The notes below the pieces were generated by a model. It made no database searches. It saw only the letters and a program-made list of their open reading frames with translations, and was not told the origin of the DNA. Source: Candidatus Undinarchaeota archaeon (GTDB lineage: Archaea; SpSt-1190). From it: a stretch of 22,140 bases of DNA. The DNA lies in contig CAYVAH010000012.1 in the NCBI GenBank assembly GCA_964449215.1, positions 1 to 22,140 on the forward strand. Reading direction: 5' to 3'. The position numbers and the translations under genes were made by a program. Positions 1-6,791 of this stretch are shown here, piece by piece (the stretch's first letter is position 1; every line of letters begins with the position of its first letter).

Positions 1-185
1 TTATACCCTATATAGAGGGCGAAGAGTCCAACGAGGGCGTACACAATCGTCACCAGCACGGGCACGGACCCGAAGATCAGCTCTATCAGGTTCATGTCCA
101 TGAGGCCGACGAGCCCCCAGTTAATGCCACCAACCAGGACGAAGATCATTGCGATCAAGTCCATGGTGTTGCCTTCCATTTCCAT
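1..185 (-). CDS. DUF378 (YuzA-like) small membrane protein, runs off the left edge
   Basis: Not in ORF track. Manual translation from ATG at 185: MEMEGNTMDLIAMIFVLVGGINWGLVGLMDMNLIELIFGSVPVLVTIVYALVGLFALYIGY, with the GxxNWGLxG...IVYxLVG pattern. GAGGT RBS just upstream. Confidence 0.85.
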   Translation of the reverse strand, partial: MEMEGNTMDLIAMIFVLVGGINWGLVGLMDMNLIELIFGSVPVLVTIVYALVGLFALYIGY

Positions 186-245
186 TACCTCAAGAAACAG
201 GGGTTTCTACGGATATATAACCCTTATCCGTTAATTGACGAAAAA

Positions 246-707
246 TCAGCCAAATCTGGCGGCCACCCACCCCCCCACGAGCTGGCTCGTCAGTATCACG
301 GTGGCGGCAATCAGGAGATGTTCCAGGACCGCCTTCCCGCTTCGCGCCACATACCAGCTCAGCAAGGCCAGGAGCATAAGCCCCCCCACAATGCATGTCG
401 TGACTGCCGTTTGAACAGGTAGTAGCAGGAGCGGGGCCGCAAAGCTCATGGCGACAAGGAACTTGAAAAAGAATGTTGCCAGGGTGGCTTCCCATATCTC
501 TGTCGAGCTGTGAATGGCTTCCGATTCCTCAGAAATGTGAATCCCCAGAGCATCCGAAAATGCATCCGCTATGGCGATTGTTATTATCCCTCCGAGAACG
601 GCCAGCCTTGAGTGTGTGCCTGCATACAGCCCGACAACCAGCCCGAGTGTTGTTATAACACCCGAGGTGAGCCCGAAGCTAAGGCCCACCTTGAGGGAAT
701 GACGCAT
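246..707 (-). CDS. VIT1/CCC1 family transporter (Fe/Mn)
   Basis: Motifs FGLTSGVITTLGLVVG and IAIADAFSDALGIHISEESE with several TM helices. Start probably ATG 707 (MRHSLK); the ORF track starts at 722. Confidence 0.85.
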   Translation of the reverse strand: MRHSLKVGLSFGLTSGVITTLGLVVGLYAGTHSRLAVLGGIITIAIADAFSDALGIHISEESEAIHSSTEIWEATLATFFFKFLVAMSFAAPLLLLPVQTAVTTCIVGGLMLLALLSWYVARSGKAVLEHLLIAATVILTSQLVGGWVAARFG

Positions 708-737
708 GCAAGTAGCAGGCATGTAAATTAATAAGGT

Positions 738-812
738 TGGCGGGGGCGGGTTTCGAACCCGCGGCCTCCAGATTATGAGTCTGGCGCTCTAACCAGGCTG
801 AGCTACCCCGCC
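738..812 (-). tRNA. tRNA-Met(CAT), probably elongator
   Basis: GGCGGGGTAGCTCAGCCTGGTTAGAGCGCCAGACTCATAATCTGGAGGCCGCGGGTTCGAAACCCGCCCCCGCCA folds as a cloverleaf with anticodon CAT and G1:C72. An Ile2(CAU) identity is not fully excluded. Confidence 0.95.
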
Positions 813-861
813 AAGATTTTTCATCGTCACCCTTCGGGCTCCTCGAAAAACCTTGACCAAA
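812..861. repeat. tRNA-abutting hairpin element CAAG-ATTTTTC...GAAAAA-CCTTG-ACCAAA
   Basis: Imperfect inverted repeat with a central CCC-TTC-GGG hairpin (GAA loop on the minus strand). Shares CTTGACCAAA with 21793-21802. Confidence 0.6.
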
Positions 862-913
862 CTATGTGGTTTTTCTTTGGGCTCGATGGGACTAACAACA
901 TGGAACAGTTGTG

Positions 914-923
914 TTTTATAAAA
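914..923. promoter_or_regulatory. Palindromic TATA box TTTTATAAAA
   Basis: About 20-25 nt upstream of the C/D sRNA on the plus strand. May also drive the divergent tRNA-Met. Confidence 0.55.
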
Positions 924-939
924 TGAGCGCAGGTAGCCT

Positions 940-992
940 GTGGGATGAAACTGTTTCGCTCTGATCGGTGATGAGTCTGTTATCAGCTGAAG
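940..992 (+). ncRNA. Box C/D methylation guide sRNA (dual guide)
   Basis: C-like GGGATGA 942-948, 12-nt guide, D' CTGA 961-964, C' GTGATGA 968-974, 12-nt guide, D CTGA 987-990. Canonical archaeal spacing, intergenic, upstream TATA. Confidence 0.8.
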
Positions 993-1021
993 TTATTTTA
1001 ACTTCTGTGCGGGCTTTTCAC

Positions 1022-1771
1022 GTGCCCGCCAATCTCACACCCGAGTTCAACAAGAAATACAGGGAATACAAGGACGCGAAGTCACCCGCGCAAAAGATTC
1101 GCCTTCTGAAGGAGCTTATAGGACTCGCACCGAAGCACAAGGGGACGGAGAACCTGCTCGCACGGCTCAAGAAGACACTGTCCCGCTTGGAGGACAAGCA
1201 GGAGGCGGAGCGACGGGCAAAAAAGGCTCGCTCCCGCAAGGGCATCAGGAAGGTGGCTCCCTTGGTGGTGATAGTGGGCCCTCCGAACTCGGGCAAGACC
1301 ACGTTGTTCAGGGAGTTCACAGGGGAGGGCGAACCTGCGGAGCACCCGTTTTCCACACAGGAACCGGAGACGGCTGTGGGATTTTACCGTGGTGCCAGGC
1401 TGCAGTTTATTGACTGCCCCAGCTTTGATTTCTCTTATGCCAACAACGCCGATGTTGTCCTGCTAACAGTCCCCGACCGGAAGCTCGAGAGCAAGTATCC
1501 ACGGCATGTGGTTGCTGCGGGCAAGAGCAGGGAGGAGATTCTCCAGCAGGTTTGGGAGAAGCTCGGTCTGATCAGGGTTTACACGGAGACCGGGAAGGAG
1601 CCCATGCTCCTGAAGAGGGGCGCCACGGTCAAGGACGCCGCAGAGGAGATACACAAGACCCTGGTGAAGCGGTTTCAGTGGGCCAGGGTCACCCGTGCGG
1701 GTCGGACCTTCAGGGTCGGGCTGGACTTCCCCTTGCAGGAAGGGGATGTGGTGTGGATAAAAAGTGCCTAG
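1022..1771 (+). CDS. DRG/OBG-like GTP-binding protein with C-terminal TGS domain, shortened
   Basis: N-terminus (M)PANLTPEF...PKHKGTENL, P-loop GPPNSGKT, switch PFST, TGS-like GATVKDAAEEIHK...LQEGDVV. GTG start 1022 preferred because the track start at 968 overlaps the sRNA. Confidence 0.85.
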   Translation: MPANLTPEFNKKYREYKDAKSPAQKIRLLKELIGLAPKHKGTENLLARLKKTLSRLEDKQEAERRAKKARSRKGIRKVAPLVVIVGPPNSGKTTLFREFTGEGEPAEHPFSTQEPETAVGFYRGARLQFIDCPSFDFSYANNADVVLLTVPDRKLESKYPRHVVAAGKSREEILQQVWEKLGLIRVYTETGKEPMLLKRGATVKDAAEEIHKTLVKRFQWARVTRAGRTFRVGLDFPLQEGDVVWIKSA

Positions 1772-1910
1772 CGCCTGTAGCCGGCGATTGCGGCCCTAAC
1801 GTAGTCACTGACGTTTTCAAAGTTTAGTTTCCCGTTGCTGCCCAGGAGATTTCCTTCCGCGTCCTTGCCGGAAGTCAGTCCTGTGACGCCGATACAGGTT
1901 CCTTTGCCAT
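1768..1910 (-). pseudogene. Possible degraded ribbon-helix-helix (CopG-like) regulator
   Basis: Fragments in two frames: MAKEPVS, LPARTRKEI and KLNFENVSDYVRAAIAGYRR*. The stop overlaps the convergent GTPase stop (CTAG). Confidence 0.35.
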
Positions 1911-1991
1911 GGAGACCCCCAGCCTCGGATTAATAAGCCCGTGTCGTCCCTGAAAGTGACGAAGCATTTTAGGCCACACAATCAATAAGTC

Positions 1992-2168
1992 GTGGTGTTT
2001 ATCCACACCGTAGGCTTCCTGGGCAGGCTCCTCTGCAGAATTGGAATCCATAAGTGGAGCAAAGCGAGGGTTTGGTTCCACTTTGATTCAAACGTGATGG
2101 ACAAGGAGTTCATCTGCCGCCGGTGCGGAAAAAGGAAGAGGAAGTCAGTGCCTGTGAAGGGCGAATAG
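1992..2168 (+). CDS. Small Cys/His protein (58 aa), DUF1660-like
   Basis: Below the track cutoff. MVFIHTVGFLGRLLCRIGIHKWSKARVWFHFDSNVMDKEFICRRCGKRKRKSVPVKGE, with an LLCxxGxHKW...CxRCG pattern. Confidence 0.7.
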   Translation: MVFIHTVGFLGRLLCRIGIHKWSKARVWFHFDSNVMDKEFICRRCGKRKRKSVPVKGE

Positions 2169-2226
2169 TTTGCGTGCAAAGCCCCGGCGGTCGGAAGCAA
2201 TTTAAATTAGCACGTATAACTTCCCT

Positions 2227-2685
2227 GTGGAGAACCCCGCCGGACTCTATAAGACTTCGACGGTGATTCTTTCCATATTATTGGTAGTATTTGCAGCATT
2301 ATATTTTACGGGAACAACTCTAGATAACACTCCTACAACAGAAAAAGCTATGTTAGTTCCTTTTGTGACAGAATGGGGATACAATCCGTATAACGAAGAC
2401 GAAGTTCTGTTCAACGTCATTGTTTACAATTATGGTTACTCAGAAGCCAGGAACATATACGTTAAGTGTGAGTTGTATGAAGTAACTGAAGAAGGTGCCT
2501 TAATTAATACATCACCTATTGTTCATTCAACACAAAAAATATCAAATTTGGCATCCACGTCTTACAGTAAAGAACAACTGAGTGCTTCAGGGGGCAACCA
2601 GTTAAAAGAGGATTCCTACTACATGTCTCTCTGTGAAATAGTCTCTTGTGACAACTGTGAAATTCTTGATGACAGAATAACTTGA
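2227..2685 (+). CDS. Membrane-anchored hypothetical surface protein, copy 1
   Basis: N-terminal TM helix, beta-rich domain (VIVYNYGYSEARNIYVKCELY), C-terminal CEIVSCDNC. AT-rich. TTTAAATT box about 25 nt upstream. Confidence 0.8.
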   Translation: MENPAGLYKTSTVILSILLVVFAALYFTGTTLDNTPTTEKAMLVPFVTEWGYNPYNEDEVLFNVIVYNYGYSEARNIYVKCELYEVTEEGALINTSPIVHSTQKISNLASTSYSKEQLSASGGNQLKEDSYYMSLCEIVSCDNCEILDDRIT

Positions 2686-2782
2686 ATTTTTATGCAAAAG
2701 GAGTACTTTTTGTGCAGAATCTAGTTTGCGTGCAAAGCCCCGGCGGTCGGAAGCAATTTAAATTAGCACGTATAACTTCCCT

Positions 2783-3241
2783 GTGGAGAACCCCGCCGGA
2801 CTCTATAAGACTTCGACGGTGATTCTTTCCATATTATTGGTAGTATTTGCAGCATTATATTTTACGGGAACAACTCTAGATAACACTCCTACAACAGAAA
2901 AAGCTATGTTAGTTCCTTTTGTGACAGAATGGGGATACAATCCGTATAACGAAGACGAAGTTCTGTTCAACGTCATTGTTTACAATTATGGTTACTCAGA
3001 AGCCAGGAACATATACGTTAAGTGTGAGTTGTATGAAGTAACTGAAGAAGGTGCCTTAATTAATACATCACCTATTGTTCATTCAACACAAAAAATATCA
3101 AATTTGGCATCCACGTCTTACAGTAAAGAACAACTGAGTGCTTCAGGGGGCAACCAGTTAAAAGAGGATTCCTACTACATGTCTCTCTGTGAAATAGTCT
3201 CTTGTGACAACTGTGAAATTCTTGATGACAGAATAACTTGA
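2783..3241 (+). CDS. Membrane-anchored hypothetical surface protein, copy 2 (identical)
   Basis: Same translation as 2227..2685. Confidence 0.75.
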   Translation: MENPAGLYKTSTVILSILLVVFAALYFTGTTLDNTPTTEKAMLVPFVTEWGYNPYNEDEVLFNVIVYNYGYSEARNIYVKCELYEVTEEGALINTSPIVHSTQKISNLASTSYSKEQLSASGGNQLKEDSYYMSLCEIVSCDNCEILDDRIT

Positions 3242-3341
3242 ATTTTTATGCAAAAGGAGTACTTTTTGTGCAGAATCTAGTTTGCGTGCAAAGCCCCGGC
3301 GGTCGGAACCTTTATATACTGTAACCACCAAGGAGTAGTTT

Positions 3342-3974
3342 ATGTCTGACGAAAGAATCAAGTTGAGGAAATACGACAAGGGAGGCATTCCCATGGATAT
3401 GGACGTTGAACACGATTACATGCTCGATAGTGCTTTCTCGAATGCTCTCAATCAGATTGGGAGAGAATCATTCATCGAACTCATGAACGTTCTTGGGGAA
3501 GATAGGGGATTCCAGGAAAAGATGGGGAAAGGTGACAGGAAATATGTCGGTATGGAAACCTACGTTTTTGGCAATCTGGGTGGCGAATACGTCTGCAAGG
3601 GTCCTTTCAAGATAAACGAAGGCGAGGACTTCGACAAGCTTATGGACCTCGACTTAGACCTTGACCCCTACGATACCCTGGGTTCCATCCTTTCGGAAGG
3701 CAAGCTGGAGGGCGGCTACGGAACCTCCCTTAAGGAGGTTGCTGGATACATGGGTCCTGAAAAGGCCTTGGGTGCGTTTAAGCCTCTGGATGAGAAGCTC
3801 TTTGGCTCACTTGTGCCTGCGGTATCCGGCGTGACAAAGGAAAAATACGGCATGGAGAACGGAAGGGTCCTCGTGAGGTTCGTCTGCTACAACGGCCAAC
3901 CCGAGAACGTGGAAACAATCTCAATCATGGACAGCCCCAGTATGGGCCACCCGATAAGCTGCATGAAATACTAA
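3342..3974 (+). CDS. Hypothetical acidic protein (210 aa)
   Basis: Long ORF with TTTATATA box at 3311 and AAGGAG RBS. No family recognised. Confidence 0.8.
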   Translation: MSDERIKLRKYDKGGIPMDMDVEHDYMLDSAFSNALNQIGRESFIELMNVLGEDRGFQEKMGKGDRKYVGMETYVFGNLGGEYVCKGPFKINEGEDFDKLMDLDLDLDPYDTLGSILSEGKLEGGYGTSLKEVAGYMGPEKALGAFKPLDEKLFGSLVPAVSGVTKEKYGMENGRVLVRFVCYNGQPENVETISIMDSPSMGHPISCMKY

Positions 3975-4021
3975 AGGCTCAAAATGTAGCTGGGAATTTC
4001 GTCCATTGTTTCCCATTCTTC
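3971..4021 (-). repeat. Orphaned duplicate of the 3' end of gene 6792..7379 (att-like)
   Basis: Encodes EEWETMDEIPSYILSL* versus EEWETMDEIPSYILSP* at 6792-6842. A 26-bp identical core lies at 3996-4021 and 6817-6842. Confidence 0.9.
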
Positions 4022-4115
4022 CTGTCCCAGCCCTCCGACGTGGACGAGGTCCTGAAGAGCGGTTTGCCTCTGAAGAAGATTTGGGTGCTTGATTCAGGAG
4101 ATGCACGAGATGGGA

Positions 4116-4559
4116 TTATCCCTGGCTTTTTAGACGCCCGAAACGCCATTTGACATACGAAAAGAGAACCATAACCATAACTAACAGAACAAACGGGGCG
4201 TATGCCCAACCGAGAAGGGAAGACGGGCCTTGTCCCTGTAGAGACTCCCAAAAGGTTGTATTGACACTTATGTTTGCAGCGCCAGCTGCGGTTGCATTAG
4301 CAACTTCACAGAAACCCGTGACATTATAGGCATAACATATTTCCATTGACCTTATTGTTAAATCCATAAGTTTCAGTTTTGTGTTACCCAAATACATGTA
4401 GCTCTCAAAAATCATACTGAAAAGGAAGGGCATGAAGCTCACAAATAGCAGCAAGAGAACATTAACAAAAATTCCGAAAATACTTACCATAGTCTGAATT
4501 TCAGCTATTTCCCTGTCCTGCCTAAGTTTTTTATCCACAAGCTGAAACCAATCACACAA
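4116..4559 (-). CDS. Hypothetical membrane protein (2 TM), start uncertain
   Basis: AT-rich ORF with two hydrophobic segments. TTG start, may be 5'-truncated. Confidence 0.6.
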   Translation of the reverse strand: MCDWFQLVDKKLRQDREIAEIQTMVSIFGIFVNVLLLLFVSFMPFLFSMIFESYMYLGNTKLKLMDLTIRSMEICYAYNVTGFCEVANATAAGAANISVNTTFWESLQGQGPSSLLGWAYAPFVLLVMVMVLFSYVKWRFGRLKSQG

Positions 4560-4628
4560 TTAAATTATTTCAGTTTGTTAAAAAAGTCGCTCTGGAACGT
4601 CACTTATTTAGCAAAGCCGCTGGAAACT

Positions 4629-4640
4629 AAAAAAATAAAA
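4629..4640 (-). terminator. Oligo-T terminator
   Basis: TTTTATTTTTTT on the minus strand just after the stop of 4657..5349. Confidence 0.45.
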
Positions 4641-4656
4641 CAGTGGCATCAGGTGA

Positions 4657-5349
4657 TTACTCGCCCGTGCCGGATTTATACCTGAACAGGAAGCCGAACA
4701 AACCTTTAATCTTCCTTTCGGATTGAATTTTCTCTTGGATTTGTTCAAGATTCTGCTCCATGTTCTGAATCTGTTCCCGTATCATAGCCCTGACAGCTTC
4801 ATCGCTGACATTGGCGAGCTTCTGCTCCATTTCAGTTATTCTGGACCTAACCTGGTTCATCTGCTGCTCCATCTCATCCACCGCTTCCTGGTCTGCTCCG
4901 ATAAAGAATTTGACCAGGATGCTACGGGACTGAACTCTCTCTTCAGCCTGAACCATCAGTTTCACAGACTCATTCATGTTCCGGGCGACGGTTCTCACCT
5001 GCTGGCCGATTGGTCCTTCCATCAACTCTGCAGTTTCAAGCAGGCCATGAACATATGCCTGAACCTGGTAGCCGTGGACATTCCTGACCCGGGCTTTGGT
5101 GGAACCGGCTGTCTGATTGATCCTGAGCTGAATCTGCTCCCGTATCCGATAGAGCTCCATGCCTTTTTCGGTTGAAGTATCAATGGTGACGCCCCCTATC
5201 CTGTAGGTGGCCGGAACTGCTGTAACTGAAGAACCCCCTGTGGTTCCCTCGTTGCCTGGGTATCCCCTGCCTGTAGTTTCCGAGGCAAAGACGACTGCAC
5301 TGAAGGCCAGAAAACCCACCAATAGTGCCAAAATTTTAGTATTGTTCAT
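4657..5349 (-). CDS. Secreted coiled-coil hypothetical protein
   Basis: Signal peptide (MNNTKILALLVGFLAFSAVVFA), Gln/Glu-rich helical body, C-terminal GLFGFLF. Confidence 0.85.
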   Translation of the reverse strand: MNNTKILALLVGFLAFSAVVFASETTGRGYPGNEGTTGGSSVTAVPATYRIGGVTIDTSTEKGMELYRIREQIQLRINQTAGSTKARVRNVHGYQVQAYVHGLLETAELMEGPIGQQVRTVARNMNESVKLMVQAEERVQSRSILVKFFIGADQEAVDEMEQQMNQVRSRITEMEQKLANVSDEAVRAMIREQIQNMEQNLEQIQEKIQSERKIKGLFGFLFRYKSGTGE

Positions 5350-5397
5350 AAAAATGCCACTGTCCTGTTATTAAAAAGATTTCTTGGAAATTCTGCT

Positions 5398-5478
5398 TTA
5401 GAAGCTGTTAAAACTCATGTAGCGGGGGTATACGTGCCAGTAAATGTGGGGCTCCCAGTTACCGAGGAGTTCATAGTA
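5398..5478 (-). pseudogene. 3' remnant of a HIT-family hydrolase gene
   Basis: Translates as YYELLGNWEPHIYWHVYPRYMSFNSF*, matching the HIT NYxxLGNxxPHLHWHxxPRY motif with the central His changed to Tyr. No start codon. Confidence 0.65.
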
Positions 5479-5492
5479 AAAAAGGGAAAAAA

Positions 5493-6665
5493 TCAGGGCG
5501 CCGAAGGCAGCCCAAATCCTGTTGCGGTGTCGTCACCTGCAGTCCATATATCGGTTGAAACAGATTGCAGATATTCGCGAGTTGTATCTGCGCTTCCCTG
5601 CCAGAGCTTGGCAGCCAGTCCGCTTATGTGCGGTGTCGCCATTGAAGTCCCTGACATAGTGGTGTAGCATCCGTCGTTGTTGGTTGAATAGATGCTGACT
5701 CCGGGTGCTCCGAATTCAACTTCATTCTCTTCAACCACATAGTCTCCGTCGTTAATACCACGGGATGACCAGTCAGGCACATTGTCACTGGAGTCCGTTG
5801 CTCCAACTGCAATCACCTTGTGATAGGCTGCTGGGTAGTCTATGCTTCCGTCTGCGGGTCCATCGTTGCCGGCGGCTGCGACCACCATAACGCCATTGGA
5901 AACAGCGTAGTCAATAGCAGCCAGGACCTGGCTGTCAGGGGTGTTGCCTCCAATACTCATGGAGGTTATGTTCGCCCCGTTGTCGGTTGCATAGTAGATG
6001 CCTGCTGATATGTCGTCACCGTAGCAGTTGCCCCGCCTGTCACAGACTTTCACTGCAATCAGACCAGCTTCCGGAGCTACGCCGTAGATACCTAAACCGT
6101 CTGTGCCTCCGTTGGCCAAGATATTCCCACTACATGGGTGCCGTGCCCGTGAAAGTCCTCGCAGCTTTTTCTGTCGGGGGAAAGTGCGTCACCTTCGACA
6201 CGCATCTGAGGATGTTGCCGGACAGGTCCAGATGGCCCTGGTTGACCCCTGTGTCAAGAACTGCAACTACTGTTCCTGCTCCGCCGGAGCCGCCATTCAC
6301 TCTCTCAACACCCCATGGGTACTGATCTGAGGGATAGCAACTCCTTTCTTCAGGGGTGGGTTCTTCGTGGTTATTCTTGCAGTCGGCGCAGCTGGGTTTT
6401 CACCGAGTTCCGATTCACAAACACCGTTGTTGTTGCAGAACGGTTTGGTGATGCTAAAAATCCCCACCGGTTCCGTTTCAATTCCCAATACTTCCAAGGC
6501 CCTAAGCTGTCCCTGATTCAGTTCCGCTGAGAAGGCTCCGGGGAAGTTGTGCACGGAGCCGAATATGGCCCGGACCACCCTGCTGTCAGTTTTGACATAG
6601 TAACGGTCGGCCATAACCGGAACGGCCAGAAACACGAAAGCAAAAACAATTGAAAGTTTCTTCAT
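5493..6665 (-). pseudogene. Secreted S8 (subtilisin-like) serine protease, frameshifted
   Basis: Signal peptide MKKLSIVFAF from 6665. VAVLDTG, HGTHV and GTSMATPH lie in successive frames. Three apparent 1-bp deletions near 6394, 6178 and 6123. Confidence 0.9.
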
Positions 6666-6791
6666 ATATTTTACAGGAGACATCAGCTTAAAAAAAACTT
6701 TCAAAAAACTGATTTTGACACGGTTGAGCCGGCAAAACACTGTCTTTTTGTATCAGCATTAGAAGGGGGTCTGGGTCCCTCTCTAAACTCC

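Larger units (their letters stand above)
2166..3308 (+). repeat. Tandem duplication with 556-bp period, bounded by three 31-bp direct repeats
   Basis: TAGTTTGCGTGCAAAGCCCCGGCGGTCGGAA at 2166-2196, 2722-2752 and 3278-3308. The two intervening units appear identical. Confidence 0.95.

Noticed and set aside
968..1021. N-terminal extension of the GTPase in the ORF track
   Set aside because: It overlaps the C/D sRNA and a TATA-like box. The family N-terminus MPANL begins at GTG 1022.
1930..1978. Second C/D sRNA (CTGA 1950-1953, GTGACGA 1956-1962)
   Set aside because: The internal D'/C' pair looks plausible, but terminal C and D boxes are missing (TTAATAA, CACA) and I found no convincing target.
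2166..3308. CRISPR array (31-bp partly palindromic repeat x3)
   Set aside because: The spacers are 525 bp, identical and protein-coding, and there are no cas genes.
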